Origin: an uncultured Lachnospiraceae bacterium
GTDB taxonomy: Bacteria; Bacillota; Clostridia; Lachnospirales; Lachnospiraceae
Assembly (NCBI GenBank): GCA_900317555.1
Contig: ONHF01000015.1
Location: 6,090 to 70,089 of the forward strand
Length of the DNA stretch: 64,000 nucleotides
Direction of reading: 5' to 3'
Shown: piece by piece, positions 1 to 12,072 of the stretch
How the letters are laid out: each line of letters opens with the position of its first letter
Position numbering within the stretch: position 1 is the stretch's first letter
Notes under the pieces: model-generated
What the model was told of the DNA's origin: nothing
The model's input: only the letters and a program-made list of their open reading frames with translations
Database searches by the model: none
Position numbers and translations under genes: made by a program

Positions 1-316
1 GAAGGCGGCTCGGTGCATCCTTCGTGATCTTCTTCTCGACTTCGTCGTAAACAGTAACCTTCTTGCCGTCTACAACTTCCTTCACACGCTTGCCATCCTT
101 GTCCTTGCGGGCAACCTTAGCCTTAACGGTTACTTCTTCGAAATTATCCTTCTCCTTGGCAGCAAGCGTTACAAGAGGCTCAACGATCTTCTGTACTTCC
201 TTGGCTCTTGCCTCGGTCGTAACGATCTTACCCTTGTAAACCAGCTGTGTTACCTGGTTGCGGAGAAGCGCTTTTCTAAGTTTTGTTTTCTTGCCTAATT
301 TTCTGTACTCAGCCAT
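1..316 (-). CDS. rplQ: 50S ribosomal protein L17 (runs off window start)
   Basis: Manual translation from ATG at 316: MAEYRKLGKKTKLRKALLRNQVTQLVYKGKIVTTEARAKEV; follows rpoA. Confidence 0.95.
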   Translation of the reverse strand, partial: MAEYRKLGKKTKLRKALLRNQVTQLVYKGKIVTTEARAKEVQKIVEPLVTLAAKEKDNFEEVTVKAKVARKDKDGKRVKEVVDGKKVTVYDEVEKKITKDAPSRL

Positions 317-460
317 TTGTCTGTCCTTTCTATGGCGGCAGCCGCGGCACCTTCGGATTTACCCGCGGCTGTCAACTGATTCTGCCATGCCCTGCATGTA
401 CCTCACAGGAATTACCATGCCGGGATTTACACGCTGCGCAGGCATTCACCCGCGAAGCAA

Positions 461-1429
461 TTACTCTGCCGTGCTCTCGCCGCTGCTCTTGAATCCGAGT
501 CCGAGCTCTTTGAGCTTCTCATGGACTTCATCAAGAGACTTCTTGCCGAGGTTCCTGACTTTCATCATCTCGTCTTCTGTCTTGTCGCACAGTTCCTGAA
601 CTGTATTGATTCCCGCGCGCTTCAGGCAATTATAGGAGCGTACGGAAAGCTCGAGCTCATCGATGCTCATCTCGAGCACCTGCGACGACTGGCTCTCTTC
701 CTTGTCAGCCATGACAACTGCATTTTCACCGTTCTCGGAAAGATCGATGAATACGGAAAGATGCTCGGAAAGCACCTTTGCCGCAAGGCTTACAGCATCA
801 TCGGGAGCCAGTGTGCCGTTGGTTGTAACTTCGAGTGTCAGCTTGTCATAGTCTGTCTGCTGGCCGACACGGGTGTTCTCAACCGTAACATTGACTCTCT
901 GAACAGGAGTATAGATAGAATCGATCGGAATAACGCCAATCTTGGTGTTCTCGTCCTTATTCTTATCCGCGCTAACGTAGCCTCTTCCCTTTGTAATGGT
1001 CAGCTCGATATAAAGCTTTGCCTTGCTGCCGCTGAGCGTCGCGATGACCTGGTCGGGATTCATGATCTCGATATCCTGATCCGCCTGGATATCCTTGGCA
1101 TATACAACGCCTTCGCCCTCGTAATCGATATAAGCGGTTTTCGGCTCAGCGGATTCACTGTTATTCTGAATCGCAAGGCTCTTGATATTCAGGATTATAT
1201 CCGAAACATCTTCCTTAACGCCGGGAATTGTACTGAACTCGTGATTTACACCGGAAATCATGATCTGGCTGACAGCTGCTCCGGGAAGCGAGGAAAGCAT
1301 GATTCTGCGGAGGGAATTGCCCAGCGTGATGCCATAACCTCTTTCAAGCGGTTCCACAACGAATCTGCCATACTTCTTATCGTCTGTAATCTCAGCGATT
1401 TCAATACGGGGTCTTTCAAAGTCAAACAC
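461..1429 (-). CDS. rpoA: RNA polymerase subunit alpha
   Basis: [17 protein letters not shown]; alpha-[19 protein letters not shown]. Confidence 0.99.
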   Translation of the reverse strand: MFDFERPRIEIAEITDDKKYGRFVVEPLERGYGITLGNSLRRIMLSSLPGAAVSQIMISGVNHEFSTIPGVKEDVSDIILNIKSLAIQNNSESAEPKTAYIDYEGEGVVYAKDIQADQDIEIMNPDQVIATLSGSKAKLYIELTITKGRGYVSADKNKDENTKIGVIPIDSIYTPVQRVNVTVENTRVGQQTDYDKLTLEVTTNGTLAPDDAVSLAAKVLSEHLSVFIDLSENGENAVVMADKEESQSSQVLEMSIDELELSVRSYNCLKRAGINTVQELCDKTEDEMMKVRNLGKKSLDEVHEKLKELGLGFKSSGESTAE

Positions 1430-1477
1430 GCGTATACCTCCTTCATGGTTTTGTGTTTCCCTAATGCTATCAGAACA

Positions 1478-2071
1478 TTATTTGGAATAGAGCTCGACGA
1501 TCTGCATTTCGTTTACAGGAACGTCAATCTGATCTCTCTTAGGAAGTGTACTTACTGTGCCCTTGAAGTTCTCCTTGTCCACATCAACCCACTCGGGAGT
1601 AAGTCTGCCGGCGGTAACTGCAGCGATATCCTTGAATCTCTGCATCGTCTTGGATTTCTCCTTGACTTCGATTACATCGCCCGCGCTTACCTGATAAGAA
1701 GGAATATTGATGCACTTGCCGTTAACAAGAATGTGCTTGTGGTCAACGACCTGACGGGCTTCTCTTCTTGTTCTCGCAAAGCCCATGCGGAAAACAACAT
1801 TATCCAGACGGCTCTCGAGCATAACCATAAGGTTATCACCGGTCATCCCCTTCATTCTGTCGGCCTTCTCATAATAGTTTCTGAAAGGCTTCTCAAGAAC
1901 GCCGTAAATGAACTTTGCCTTCTGCTTCTCGCGAAGCTGTGTGCCGTATTCGGAAAGCTTTCTGCTTCTTCTTACAAGTGTTCTCTTGGACTTCTTGTCA
2001 TATCCAAGGAAGGTTGGATCAAGATCAAGAGATCTGCATCTCTTCAAAACTGGTGTCTTATCTACTGCCAT
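1478..2071 (-). CDS. rpsD: 30S ribosomal protein S4
   Basis: SEYGTQLREKQKAK, LESRLDNVVFRMGFA; start set at MAVDKTP after AAGGAG. Confidence 0.98.
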   Translation of the reverse strand: MAVDKTPVLKRCRSLDLDPTFLGYDKKSKRTLVRRSRKLSEYGTQLREKQKAKFIYGVLEKPFRNYYEKADRMKGMTGDNLMVMLESRLDNVVFRMGFARTRREARQVVDHKHILVNGKCINIPSYQVSAGDVIEVKEKSKTMQRFKDIAAVTAGRLTPEWVDVDKENFKGTVSTLPKRDQIDVPVNEMQIVELYSK

Positions 2072-2235
2072 AATCGGCTCCTTTCGTAGTTTCCCCGATG
2101 CGGGGATGAATTTATGCGCAGCCAACGGGCTGCGTCTGTTGTTTACAACTGCCGGTCCGGCCTGTTAACAGGCCGTCCGCAGTCTTCTTCCAACGCCTAC
2201 ATTTATTGTCAGGATGCCGCAGCATCCGGAACAAA

Positions 2236-2640
2236 CTAGACTCTTCTTCTCTTGGGCGGACGGCATCCGTTGTGAGGAACGGGTGTTACATCCGTAATAG
2301 AGAGAACGGTCAGGCCGTTTGCGTTCAGCGCACGGATTGCCGCTTCTCTTCCTGATCCGGGTCCCTTGACGAAAACATCAACAGACTTCAGTCCATGAAG
2401 CATAGCAGCTTTCGTAGCTGTCTCAGCTGCAAGCTGTGCCGCGTAAGGTGTGGACTTTCTGGATCCTTTGAAACCAAGACCGCCGGCACTAGCCCAGGAA
2501 AGAGCATTGCCCTGTGTATCTGTCAATGTGACGATCGTATTGTTGAAGGAAGCCTGAATGTGCGCCTGGCCGCGCTCGACATTCTTCTTAACTCTCTTTT
2601 TATTCGACGCAGACTTTGCTGCTCTGTTATTTGCTGCCAT
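2236..2640 (-). CDS. rpsK: 30S ribosomal protein S11
   Basis: [32 protein letters not shown]. Confidence 0.99.
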   Translation of the reverse strand: MAANNRAAKSASNKKRVKKNVERGQAHIQASFNNTIVTLTDTQGNALSWASAGGLGFKGSRKSTPYAAQLAAETATKAAMLHGLKSVDVFVKGPGSGREAAIRALNANGLTVLSITDVTPVPHNGCRPPKRRRV

Positions 2641-2744
2641 TGCATTGCCTTTCTATAATTTGCATACCGTTCGGCGGACAGGCTGCCTGAAGGAGCCGCC
2701 GTCTCCGGTAAGGACGACATCTGTCATCCGACTATAAAATGAAA

Positions 2745-3113
2745 TTACTGTTTCTTGTTCGCGATGGTCTTACGAGGTCCCTTACGTGTTCTCGCATTGT
2801 TCTTTGTGTGCTGGCCACGAACAGGGAGGCCTCTCTTATGACGAATACCTCTGTAGCAGTTGATCTCTGTCAGCATCTTTATGTTCATTGCCGTGTCACG
2901 GCGAAGATCACCTTCTACCATGTAGTTTGCGGCAATTTCCTCACCAAGAGCCTTGACCTGATCATCTGTGAGGTCTCTGCAACGAGTATCAGGATTAACG
3001 CCTGTAGCCTCGAGAATCTTCTTGGCAGATGTACGGCCGATGCCGTAAATGGCAGTCAGACCGATCTCAACACGCTTGTCTCTGGGTAAATCTACACCTG
3101 AAATACGAGCCAT
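2745..3113 (-). CDS. rpsM: 30S ribosomal protein S13
   Basis: [29 protein letters not shown]. Confidence 0.99.
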   Translation of the reverse strand: MARISGVDLPRDKRVEIGLTAIYGIGRTSAKKILEATGVNPDTRCRDLTDDQVKALGEEIAANYMVEGDLRRDTAMNIKMLTEINCYRGIRHKRGLPVRGQHTKNNARTRKGPRKTIANKKQ

Positions 3114-3322
3114 TTCTAATTTCTCCTTACAAAATTATCTACTTTTTGATTGAGGCGACCCTGCACTTGTCAGGTAACATTCCTCTAAGAATATTTTCTC
3201 GCCCAGCCGGTCATATGACGGCGCCGGCCTTTCCGCTGCGATACGACGGCATGTTCTCACGCCGCGCATAGGGGTATCAAAGAGCGTTCGCGTGCCCGAA
3301 GGCTCCGCGGTGCCGAAATGAC

Positions 3323-3436
3323 TCAACCCTGTCTCTGTTTGTGTTTCGGATTCTCGCAGATAATCCGGATGACGCCCTTGCGCTTAATGACTTTGCATTT
3401 CTCGCAAATCGGCTTCACGGATGCTCTAACTTTCAC
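3323..3436 (-). CDS. rpmJ: 50S ribosomal protein L36 (Zn-binding form; not in ORF track)
   Basis: Manual translation, GTG start: [37 protein letters not shown]; GGAG SD upstream. Confidence 0.98.
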   Translation of the reverse strand: MKVRASVKPICEKCKVIKRKGVIRIICENPKHKQRQG

Positions 3437-3547
3437 GTTGCACTCCTTTCTTCATATAATTATGAAATCTGAACTGTCTGCATTTCTGCAGTCTTACAAC
3501 GCGCAAAAGGGCGCAAAGTACCCTTTGCTCCTTTTACACGCCGATAC

Positions 3548-3576
3548 AGTATAACATGTTGTTTCCAGAATAGCAA
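3548..3576 (-). promoter_or_regulatory. SigA-type promoter for rpmJ/alpha operon
   Basis: TTGCTA-17 bp-TATACT with extended TG on the minus strand. Confidence 0.7.
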
Positions 3577-3590
3577 ATGTTTTTCCGGAT

Positions 3591-3809
3591 TTATTTGTCT
3601 CTCCAGACGATACGTCCTTTGGTAAGATCATAGGTGGACATTTCAAGCGTAACTTTGTCACCCGGCAGAATCCGGATGAAGTTCTGACGGAGCTTGCCGC
3701 TGATGTGCGCGAGAATAATGGCACCATTCTCAAGTTTTACCCGAAACATTGTATTCGGAAGCTTCTCGACAACGACTCCTTCCAGTTCAATTACGTCTGC
3801 TTTTGACAT
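3591..3809 (-). CDS. infA: Translation initiation factor IF-1
   Basis: [11 protein letters not shown]...[20 protein letters not shown]. Confidence 0.99.
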   Translation of the reverse strand: MSKADVIELEGVVVEKLPNTMFRVKLENGAIILAHISGKLRQNFIRILPGDKVTLEMSTYDLTKGRIVWRDK

Positions 3810-3830
3810 ATAAAATACTGTCCTTTCTGA

Positions 3831-4472
3831 TTATCCTAAAATCTTGACGATGTCCGCGAAAACATCATTCATGTTCTTCGTACCGTCAACGGTTGCGAGA
3901 ACGCCTGCTTTCTCGTAATACTCGATGAGAGGCTGTGTCTGCTCGTGATATACACGGAGTCTGTTCTTTACTGTCTCCGGCTTGTCGTCCTCACGCTGAA
4001 CCAGGGCACTGCCGCAATGATCGCAGATACCTTCCTGCTTCGGCGGAATGAACTCAACATGATAAGAAGCGCCGCACTTAGGACAGCTTCTTCTGCCGCT
4101 CATTCTGCGAATGATGTTCTCATCCGGGACGTCAACGTTAACAGCCTTATCAACTTTCTGTCCGTTCTTCAAAAGAGCGTCGGTCAGCACCTGCGCCTGC
4201 GGAATGGTTCTCGGGAAACCGTCAAGTACATAGCCGTTCGCACAGTCATCTGCCGCCACGCGGTCCAGCAGCAGCTGGACTGTAAGTTCATCCGGAACCA
4301 GCTGTCCTTTGTCCATAAACGCTTTTGCCTTACGTCCAAGCTCGGTTCCGTTCTTGATGTTGGATCTGAAGATGTCTCCTGTAGAAATGTGCGGAATACC
4401 GTATTTCTCACAAATCATGCCCGCCTGTGTTCCTTTTCCGGCTCCGGGCGCGCCAAGCATAACAATGATCAT
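3831..4472 (-). CDS. adk: Adenylate kinase (Zn-LID type)
   Basis: [35 protein letters not shown] lid. Confidence 0.99.
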   Translation of the reverse strand: MIIVMLGAPGAGKGTQAGMICEKYGIPHISTGDIFRSNIKNGTELGRKAKAFMDKGQLVPDELTVQLLLDRVAADDCANGYVLDGFPRTIPQAQVLTDALLKNGQKVDKAVNVDVPDENIIRRMSGRRSCPKCGASYHVEFIPPKQEGICDHCGSALVQREDDKPETVKNRLRVYHEQTQPLIEYYEKAGVLATVDGTKNMNDVFADIVKILG

Positions 4473-4639
4473 AATGAACTCCTCTCATAAGCTCTAGGGT
4501 GCTGCAGGACCATCTATTTGAAATAAATAGTTCTGGAGAGCTCTACAGCGTGACATGTAATTACCGGAGAAAGGAACAGCAATCTCCATTCGCTGCTCCT
4601 TTTCCGGTAAAATTTCAATCCGGTTTGTTTTGCCGCCGG

Positions 4640-5953
4640 TCAGTCAGCAAGAAATCCCTTGTAGTTTCTGACAAGCATCATGGACTCGATCTGCTTGATT
4701 GTCTCAAGCACAACGCTGACGACGATGATCAGGCTGGTGCCTCCGAACGAGACGGAAGCATTGAATACTCCGCGGAAGATAAACGGAATAATGCCTACGA
4801 TTGTCAGTCCGACCGCACCAATGAAGATGATGTAATTCAGAATTCTCTGCAGATATTCCGTAGTCGGCTTGCCCGGCCTGATTCCGGGGATAAAGCCGCC
4901 GCCCTTCTTCATGTTGTCCGCCACTTCAATCGGGTTGAATGTGATGGAAGTATAGAAATATGCAAAGAAGATAAGAAGCAGCACATAAACAACCAGTCCG
5001 ATCGAATACTTCGGCATCGTAGGATTGCACCAGTAGGAAGAGCTGAGGTAACGAAGCGCTTCGCTCCACCAGCCGGTCCCGTTATAGCCGACGAGCGTGG
5101 AAATAATCACCGGAAATTCCATGATCGAGGAAGCGAAGATAATCGGCATAACGCCGGCCGTATTGACCTTCAGCGGAATACTGGAATTCTGGCCGCCGAT
5201 CTGATGTCTCCCCTGCACCTTTCTCGCATAGGAAACCGGGATGCGTCTCTCCGCGTCATTAAGCAGAATGACAAGCACAACCATCGCGCAGATAACCGCG
5301 ATAATAATAACCGCCGCGACCGTTCCGACAGCGACCGACTTGCCGATAACAAACTGCTTGAACAGCGAAGCGATGTCCTGCGGCATTCTGGAAATGATGT
5401 TTATAATCAGGACGATGGAAATGCCGTTGCCGACGCCTTTGTCAGTAATCTGCTCACCGATCCACATCAGGAATGCACTGCCCGCAGTGAGAATTGCGAT
5501 CACGGTAATGACGTTCAGAGCATTGTACTCTTCCAGCAGTCCCTGTCTGCCAAAACCGATCGCCATAGCGCTGCCCTGCAGCAGTGCAAGTGCAATCGTG
5601 ACATAACGGGTAATCGAAACCAGCAGCTTTCTGCCCTCTTCGCCTTCCTTCTGCATCTCTTCAAGTTTGGGAATCGCGATTGTCAGCAACTGGATGATAA
5701 TCGACGAAGTGATATAAGGCGTAATATTGAGCGCCAGTACGGACATGTTCAGGAAAGAGCCGCCCGTGAAAGCATCGACCAGTGAAAATGCGTCTCCCGT
5801 CTGAGATGCGAACCAGTTTGCGAAATAGTTTCTGTCAACACCGGGAACCGGCAGCTCAGAACCATAGCGGATAACGATCAGCATCAGAAAAGTAAAAAGG
5901 ATCTTCATCCGGATCTCTTTTACTTTAAAAGCATTTTTTACGGTTTCAAACAT
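4640..5953 (-). CDS. secY: Preprotein translocase SecY
   Basis: Multi-TM; ITPYITSSII, IPGIRPG, GGTSLII; position after rplO. Confidence 0.98.
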   Translation of the reverse strand: MFETVKNAFKVKEIRMKILFTFLMLIVIRYGSELPVPGVDRNYFANWFASQTGDAFSLVDAFTGGSFLNMSVLALNITPYITSSIIIQLLTIAIPKLEEMQKEGEEGRKLLVSITRYVTIALALLQGSAMAIGFGRQGLLEEYNALNVITVIAILTAGSAFLMWIGEQITDKGVGNGISIVLIINIISRMPQDIASLFKQFVIGKSVAVGTVAAVIIIAVICAMVVLVILLNDAERRIPVSYARKVQGRHQIGGQNSSIPLKVNTAGVMPIIFASSIMEFPVIISTLVGYNGTGWWSEALRYLSSSYWCNPTMPKYSIGLVVYVLLLIFFAYFYTSITFNPIEVADNMKKGGGFIPGIRPGKPTTEYLQRILNYIIFIGAVGLTIVGIIPFIFRGVFNASVSFGGTSLIIVVSVVLETIKQIESMMLVRNYKGFLAD

Positions 5954-6066
5954 GTTTAGAACCAAGCCTTTCGCGAAAGATTTCTATGGTTTTTCACTTT
6001 TCGGAAAACCAAAACTCCGAAGGGGCACTTTCAGGTACCCCTTCGAAGCAGAATTACAGAATGTAA

Positions 6067-6531
6067 TTATTTCTCGATCACTTCGGCAGTACCACCGGCG
6101 TTCTCGATCTTCTCCTTTGCGGAAGCGCTGAACTTATTCGCCTTAACCGTGAATTTCTTCTGGAGATCAAGCTTCTCATTTCCCTTGTCACCGGAAAGAA
6201 TCTTGACGCCGTCACCCACGTGGTCAATCAGTTTTGCGTCAAGAAGAGCCTGTACGTCAACAACCGCGCCGTCATCAAATTTATCATTGATTCTCGCAAG
6301 GCTTACAGTAACGATATCCTTGCTGTTGTAGTTGTTGAAACCTCTCTTGGGAAGACGTCTGTACAGAGGCATCTGGCCGCCTTCAAAGCCGGCTCTGGGT
6401 CTTCCGGAACGAGCCTTCTGGCCCTTGTGACCGAAACCTGCAGTCTTGCCATTTCCTGATCCATGTCCGCGGCCGCGTCTGAAGTCATTCTTCGTAGAGC
6501 CTGCAGCAGGTCTTAAATTAGATAATTCCAT
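6067..6531 (-). CDS. rplO: 50S ribosomal protein L15
   Basis: [31 protein letters not shown]. Confidence 0.99.
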   Translation of the reverse strand: MELSNLRPAAGSTKNDFRRGRGHGSGNGKTAGFGHKGQKARSGRPRAGFEGGQMPLYRRLPKRGFNNYNSKDIVTVSLARINDKFDDGAVVDVQALLDAKLIDHVGDGVKILSGDKGNEKLDLQKKFTVKANKFSASAKEKIENAGGTAEVIEK

Positions 6532-6545
6532 GTGTTAGTCCCTCC

Positions 6546-6728
6546 TTAGTCGAGCTCTTCAACTTTGACAAAGGGAGCGATCAGTCTGATCTGTCCTCTT
6601 GTAGCCGCGTTATCCGGTAAAACAACACTGCTGTTCAGTTTGTGGAAGCCCATAGACTTAATGATCGCTTTGTTCTTCGGAACAGCCGCGATAGTAGATT
6701 TTACAAGTGTAATCTTTAATTTAGCCAT
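6546..6728 (-). CDS. rpmD: 50S ribosomal protein L30
   Basis: LKITLVKSTI; size and synteny. Confidence 0.96.
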   Translation of the reverse strand: MAKLKITLVKSTIAAVPKNKAIIKSMGFHKLNSSVVLPDNAATRGQIRLIAPFVKVEELD

Positions 6729-6745
6729 CTTTCAACTCCTTTGCA

Positions 6746-7258
6746 TCAGCCTTTGAAGTCTTCAACAGACTTTCCGCGTCTTGCAGCAACTTCTTCGGGA
6801 GCCTTCAGATTGCTCAGGCCGTCGATTGTAGCGAGAACTACATTCTGCTTGTTGTTGGAACCAAGAGACTTTGTTCTGATGTTCTTGATACCCGCAAGCT
6901 CGCAGACGGTACGAGCGGGGCCACCGGCGATGATACCGGTACCATCCGGGCTCTTCTTCAGAAGCACTTCTGCGGAACCATACTTACCAACATAATCGTG
7001 TGTGATGGATGCAACGTCATCGAGCGCAACTGTTACAAGGTGCTTAGCCGCATCATCCTTGCCTTTTCTGATTGCGTCCGGAATTTCCGTCGACTTACCA
7101 AGGCCAACGCCAACATGGCCGTTGCCGTCGCCTACAACTACCAGCGCGGAGAATTTCATGTTACGGCCGCCCTTTACAACCTTTACAACACGTTTGATTG
7201 TAACGACCTTCTCGGTGAGCTCTCCTAACTGACTCGGATCGATAATAGAACGCTTCAT
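6746..7258 (-). CDS. rpsE: 30S ribosomal protein S5
   Basis: [27 protein letters not shown]. Confidence 0.99.
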   Translation of the reverse strand: MKRSIIDPSQLGELTEKVVTIKRVVKVVKGGRNMKFSALVVVGDGNGHVGVGLGKSTEIPDAIRKGKDDAAKHLVTVALDDVASITHDYVGKYGSAEVLLKKSPDGTGIIAGGPARTVCELAGIKNIRTKSLGSNNKQNVVLATIDGLSNLKAPEEVAARRGKSVEDFKG

Positions 7259-7272
7259 TTAGTTCTCCTCCC

Positions 7273-7641
7273 TTAGAAATCCAGGCCGGCCTTACGTGCC
7301 GCATCAGCAAGAGCTGCTACCTTGCCCTGATAAATAAAACCGCCTCTGTCAAAAACAACCTTTGTAACGCCGGCTTCAAGCGCTCTCTTCGCGATGAGGT
7401 CTCCGATATACTCCGCCGCTGCAACATCGTCCGTATGCGCAAGCGCAGCTCTGACATCCTTCTCTACTGTGCCTGCAGCCGCAAGTGTCTTTCCCTGCTC
7501 ATCATCAATAACCTGTGCATAAATGTGGTTATTGCTTCTGTAAACGGAAAGGCGCGGTCTTTGCGCAGTGCCGCTGAAACGGTTGCGGACTTTGAGATGT
7601 TTCTTCTCACGAATAAGCTTTCTGTTTTCCTTTTTAACCAT
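7273..7641 (-). CDS. rplR: 50S ribosomal protein L18
   Basis: [27 protein letters not shown]. Confidence 0.99.
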   Translation of the reverse strand: MVKKENRKLIREKKHLKVRNRFSGTAQRPRLSVYRSNNHIYAQVIDDEQGKTLAAAGTVEKDVRAALAHTDDVAAAEYIGDLIAKRALEAGVTKVVFDRGGFIYQGKVAALADAARKAGLDF

Positions 7642-7659
7642 TTTCTACGCTCCTTCCGA

Positions 7660-8199
7660 TCACTTCTTACCGGTCTTGCCAACCTTGCGGCGGATCGTTT
7701 CATAGTCGTACTTGATACCCTTGCCCTTGTAAGGCTCCGGTCCTCTCTTGGCCCTGATGTTCGCAGCCCACTGGCCGACAGCCTCTTTATCGATTCCCGA
7801 GAGGATAATCTTGTTGCCGTCTACCTTCGTCTCGACGCCATCCGGATCTTCCATCTCAATATTGTGGGAATAACCTAAATGCAGTGTCAGGACTTTGCCC
7901 TTCTTCTCTGCTCTGTAACCTACGCCGTTGATCTCCAGCGTTTTTGTGAAGCCGTCAGTTACACCGACAACCATGTTGTGAAGAAGCGCTCTTGTCAGTC
8001 CGTGAAGTGCCTTTTCTTTCTTTAAGTCATTGGGTCTGGCGATCTTAATCTCTCCGTTTTCCTGAGTAATCGTCATTTCCGCAGGGAGCGATCTTTTCAG
8101 CTCTCCCTTGGGTCCCTTTACAGTCACTGTGTTATTTTCTGCTACATCAACAGTGACACCTGCCGGTATAGCGATTGGCATTAAACCTATACGTGACAT
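7660..8199 (-). CDS. rplF: 50S ribosomal protein L6
   Basis: [14 protein letters not shown]. Confidence 0.99.
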   Translation of the reverse strand: MSRIGLMPIAIPAGVTVDVAENNTVTVKGPKGELKRSLPAEMTITQENGEIKIARPNDLKKEKALHGLTRALLHNMVVGVTDGFTKTLEINGVGYRAEKKGKVLTLHLGYSHNIEMEDPDGVETKVDGNKIILSGIDKEAVGQWAANIRAKRGPEPYKGKGIKYDYETIRRKVGKTGKK

Positions 8200-8357
8200 G
8201 CCCGTACCTCCTGATTATTGAATGCTTTCTATATTGGATACATAACTAAATCAGGTAAAGCCCGGCCCATCCCGCCGAGCTGTGCCTGATACAGCTAAAA
8301 ACAGATTTTACACGAATTGTCTTACTATTGCAAGCAATTTGTGTGATTCATCCGGCA

Positions 8358-8759
8358 TTACCAGATAAACGCAAGTACTTCGCCGCCAACCTGAAGCTCT
8401 CTGGCTTTTTTGTCCGTAATGACACCCTGATTGGTGGAAAGGATCGCGGTCCCAAGGCCATCGAGAACCTTCGGAACATTATCCTTGCCTGCGTAAACGC
8501 GCAGACCGGGCTTGGAAATTCTCTTCAGTCCCGTAAGAATTCTGTCATTCTTATCAGCGCCATACTTCAGTGTGATACGGATATCCTTGAAATTGCCATT
8601 GTCAACAAGCTCAACCTTGCTTACATAGCCTTCTTCAAGCAGGATATTGGCGATCGCCAGCTTCATTTTCGATGAAGGAATATCAACTGTATCGTGCTTG
8701 GATGTGTTTGCGTTACGGATTCTCGTAAGCATATCTGCAATAGGATCACTCATGCTCAT
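8358..8759 (-). CDS. rpsH: 30S ribosomal protein S8
   Basis: [21 protein letters not shown]. Confidence 0.99.
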   Translation of the reverse strand: MSMSDPIADMLTRIRNANTSKHDTVDIPSSKMKLAIANILLEEGYVSKVELVDNGNFKDIRITLKYGADKNDRILTGLKRISKPGLRVYAGKDNVPKVLDGLGTAILSTNQGVITDKKARELQVGGEVLAFIW

Positions 8760-8860
8760 TTTAAATTCTCCTTAAATAGTATGTGATATCCCGGCAGCCG
8801 TTCCGGCTGCGCTTCATTATTTTCCACGAATCGGATCCGCAGCTGCCTGCGGCATCCTGA

Positions 8861-9046
8861 TTACCAGGACGCTTTCTTAACACCCGGGATCTCGCCTTTA
8901 TAGGCAAGTTCACGGAAGCAGATTCTGCAGATTCCATACTTCTTGAGTACGGAGTGCGGACGGCCGCAAATCTTGCAACGGGTATATGCTCTCGTTGAAA
9001 ACTTCGGCTTCATCTGCTGCTTGATCTTCATAGAAGTCTTTGCCAT
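8861..9046 (-). CDS. rpsN: 30S ribosomal protein S14 type Z (Zn-binding)
   Basis: [15 protein letters not shown], 61 aa. Confidence 0.98.
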   Translation of the reverse strand: MAKTSMKIKQQMKPKFSTRAYTRCKICGRPHSVLKKYGICRICFRELAYKGEIPGVKKASW

Positions 9047-9064
9047 GTCAATCTCCTTGTTTTA

Positions 9065-9607
9065 TTACTTTGCGTAAGGCATTCCAAACAGGCGCAGGAG
9101 CTCGCGTGCTTCCTCGTCAGTCTTCGCTGTTGTTGTGAAAATGATATCCATGCCTCTGACCTTGTCAACCTTATCGTACTCGATTTCAGGGAAGATCAGC
9201 TGCTCTTTGATACCAAGCGCGTAGTTGCCTCTGCCGTCAAAGGAATTCGGGTTAACGCCACGGAAGTCTCTGACACGGGGAAGAGCCAGATTCACAAGTC
9301 TGTCAAGGAACTCGTACATTCTGTCGCCGCGCAGTGTAACCTTGCATCCGATCGGCATACCCTCACGGATTTTGAAGTTAGCGATGGACTTCTTAGCCTT
9401 TGTGTATACAGGATGCTGTCCTGTGATGATCTCAAGATCCTTGGCTGCTGTCTCGAGAAGCTTTTCGTTTTCCTTAGCTTCACCTACCGCCATATTAACG
9501 ACGATCTTGTCAAGCTTGGGAATCTGCATAGGATTGGTGTAGCCGAACTTTTTAGTCAGGGCTTCACGAATCTCGCTGTTATAGTGCTCTTTAAGTCTGC
9601 TGCTCAA
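9065..9607 (-). CDS. rplE: 50S ribosomal protein L5
   Basis: [16 protein letters not shown]; TTG start. Confidence 0.99.
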   Translation of the reverse strand: MSSRLKEHYNSEIREALTKKFGYTNPMQIPKLDKIVVNMAVGEAKENEKLLETAAKDLEIITGQHPVYTKAKKSIANFKIREGMPIGCKVTLRGDRMYEFLDRLVNLALPRVRDFRGVNPNSFDGRGNYALGIKEQLIFPEIEYDKVDKVRGMDIIFTTTAKTDEEARELLRLFGMPYAK

Positions 9608-9630
9608 CTAGTTTTCCTCCTTTCCGCTCA

Positions 9631-9942
9631 TCAGTCGATGGCTTTACCGGTAGCCTTGGCAATACGAACCTTTTTGCCGTCTTCTACCTTAAAGCCTACT
9701 CTTGTTGCCTTGCCGTCAACGACCAGCATTACGTTGGAGATATCAAGAGCAGCTTCCTTCTCGATGATTCCGCCGTTCTGGTTCTGAGCAGAAGGTTTTG
9801 TATGCTTGGTAACCTTGTTGATGCCTTCAACGACAACCTTGTGATTCTTTACATCAACGGAGGTTACCTTTCCGGTCTTTCCAAGGTCTTTGCCTGTGAT
9901 AACCTTAACGGTATCGCCCTTTTTAATCTTACTCGCTGCCAT
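9631..9942 (-). CDS. rplX: 50S ribosomal protein L24
   Basis: KIKKGDTVKVITGKDLGKTG KOW motif; start at MAASK after GGAGG. Confidence 0.98.
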   Translation of the reverse strand: MAASKIKKGDTVKVITGKDLGKTGKVTSVDVKNHKVVVEGINKVTKHTKPSAQNQNGGIIEKEAALDISNVMLVVDGKATRVGFKVEDGKKVRIAKATGKAID

Positions 9943-9952
9943 TTCGTCCTCC

Positions 9953-10321
9953 TTATAATACTTCCGGAGCAAGGGAGAGGATCTTCATGAATTTCTTCTC
10001 GCGAAGCTCTCTTGCGACAGGTCCGAAAATACGAGTTCCTGTGGGTGTTAAATCATCTTTAATGATAACCGCCGCGTTCTCGTCAAACTTGATGTAGGAG
10101 CCGTCTTTTCTGCGTGTCTCGCGGACAGTGCGTACTACAACAGCCTTGACAACATCACCCTTCTTAACCATGCCTGCGGGTGCAGCGTCTTTCACGCTCG
10201 CAACGATCACATCACCGATTCTGGCATATCTTCTTGTCGAGCCGCCGCTGACTCTGATGCAGAGAAGTTCTCTTGCGCCGGTGTTATCAGCGACCTTCAG
10301 TCTTGTTTCCTGCTGAATCAT
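9953..10321 (-). CDS. rplN: 50S ribosomal protein L14
   Basis: [24 protein letters not shown]. Confidence 0.99.
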   Translation of the reverse strand: MIQQETRLKVADNTGARELLCIRVSGGSTRRYARIGDVIVASVKDAAPAGMVKKGDVVKAVVVRTVRETRRKDGSYIKFDENAAVIIKDDLTPTGTRIFGPVARELREKKFMKILSLAPEVL

Positions 10322-10460
10322 GTTCAATTCCTTTCTGATTACTAAACCAGCTGGTTTGTCTGCCTGAGAGGTGAATGCCTGAGCATGTCACTTCAGGAAC
10401 TTATTTATGAAAGCTCTCTCCGGTCTGGCAGCGCCAGACCGAAGCCGTATAATCAGACGA

Positions 10461-10715
10461 TTATCTAGCCTTCTCAACGATGGAAACAACTCTCCATCTC
10501 TTAGTCTTGGACAGCGGTCTTGTCTCCATGACCTTTACTGTGTCGCCGACGCCGCATTCGTTCTTCTCGTCATGAGCCTTCAGTGTATAGGTCTTCTTGA
10601 CGATCTTTCCGATTACGGGGTGTTTTACATGGTCTTCAATCGCAACAACGATTGTCTTGTCCATCTTGTCGCTGACGACCTTGCCGATACGGACTTTTCT
10701 AAGATTTCTTTCCAC
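10461..10715 (-). CDS. rpsQ: 30S ribosomal protein S17
   Basis: [22 protein letters not shown]. Confidence 0.99.
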   Translation of the reverse strand: MERNLRKVRIGKVVSDKMDKTIVVAIEDHVKHPVIGKIVKKTYTLKAHDEKNECGVGDTVKVMETRPLSKTKRWRVVSIVEKAR

Positions 10716-10742
10716 GGTCTTTCTCCTTTCCCTGACCCAGAA

Positions 10743-10946
10743 TTACGCTTCTGCCTTTGAAGAGATCGCGGTCTGAATTCTTGCGATATTCTTGCGAACC
10801 TTAGTGATCTCAGCCGTATTCTTTAACTGATTGGTTGCGTTCTGGAATCTCAGATTAAAGAGCTCCTTCTTCGCGGATACGAGTTCCTCTGTCAGTTCCT
10901 CGACAGACTTGCCCTGTAATTCCTTTAAATATTCAGTAGATTTCAT
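10743..10946 (-). CDS. rpmC: 50S ribosomal protein L29
   Basis: [18 protein letters not shown]. Confidence 0.98.
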   Translation of the reverse strand: MKSTEYLKELQGKSVEELTEELVSAKKELFNLRFQNATNQLKNTAEITKVRKNIARIQTAISSKAEA

Positions 10947-11371
10947 TCTGCACCGCCTTCCAGATCGGCCTTAGCAACGACCTTTGTCTTAACGGGGAGC
11001 TTTGTTCCTGCAAGACGAAGAGCTTCCTTAGCCTGTTCTTCCGGTACACCGGAGATCTCGAACATTACTCTGCCGGGCTTGACAACAGCTACCCAGTATT
11101 CTACAGCGCCCTTTCCGGATCCCATTCGAACACCAAGGGGCTTGTCTGTTACAGGCTTGTCAGGGAAGATTTTAATCCATACCTGACCGCCACGCTTGAT
11201 ATAACGTGTAAGAGCAACACGGGCTGCTTCAATCTGATTGGACTTAACCCATTTGCCCTCAGTTGCAACAAGACCGTATTCACCGTAATTGATCTTGTTT
11301 CCACGGGTTGCCTTTCCGCGTCTGTTACCGCGGAACTGCATTCTGTGTTTAACTCTCTTCGGCATTAACAT
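10943..11371 (-). CDS. rplP: 50S ribosomal protein L16
   Basis: [15 protein letters not shown]. Confidence 0.99.
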   Translation of the reverse strand: MLMPKRVKHRMQFRGNRRGKATRGNKINYGEYGLVATEGKWVKSNQIEAARVALTRYIKRGGQVWIKIFPDKPVTDKPLGVRMGSGKGAVEYWVAVVKPGRVMFEISGVPEEQAKEALRLAGTKLPVKTKVVAKADLEGGAE

Positions 11372-12048
11372 TACTGTGCACCTCCCTTATTCGCAGAGGC
11401 ATTCGCAGCATCTGTATGCTTCTTCGGAAGAACTTCTCCCTTGTAGATCCATACCTTGACGCCGACTTTGCCGTATGTTGTGTTTGCTTCAGCGAAACCA
11501 TAATCGATATCCGCGCGCAGTGTCTGCAGCGGAATCGTTCCGTCAGAATATGTCTCTGTACGTGCGATATCAGCACCGCCAAGACGTCCCGCGCAGGAAG
11601 CCTTCACGCCGAGAGCGCCGGTCTTCATGGTTCTGCCCATCGCGGACTTCATAGCGCGTCTGAAAGATACGCGGTTTTCAAGCTGCTGCGCAATATTCTC
11701 TGCAACAAGCTGCGCATCTTTATCAGGACGCTTGATTTCCTTGATTTCAAGAACAATCTTCTTGTCAGTAAGCTTTGAAAGCTCCTTCTTGGTGTTCTCG
11801 ATTTCAGCGCCGCCCTTACCGATGACAACGCCGGGCTTTGCAGTATAAACGGTAATCTTCACTCTCTCGGAAGTTCTCTCAACCTCGATCTTGGAAACGC
11901 CAGCACTCTGGAGTTTCTTCTTGAGGAACTTTCTGATGTTGTAATCTTCTACCAGCATGTCAGAGAAGTTGTCTTCAGCGTACCATCTGGAATCCCAGTC
12001 TTTGATGACGCCGACTCTCATGCCATGAGGATTAACTTTCTGTCCCAT
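11371..12048 (-). CDS. rpsC: 30S ribosomal protein S3
   Basis: [21 protein letters not shown]. Confidence 0.99.
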   Translation of the reverse strand: MGQKVNPHGMRVGVIKDWDSRWYAEDNFSDMLVEDYNIRKFLKKKLQSAGVSKIEVERTSERVKITVYTAKPGVVIGKGGAEIENTKKELSKLTDKKIVLEIKEIKRPDKDAQLVAENIAQQLENRVSFRRAMKSAMGRTMKTGALGVKASCAGRLGGADIARTETYSDGTIPLQTLRADIDYGFAEANTTYGKVGVKVWIYKGEVLPKKHTDAANASANKGGAQ

Positions 12049-12072
12049 ATAGGCTCCTTTCAATCTCCCAGA

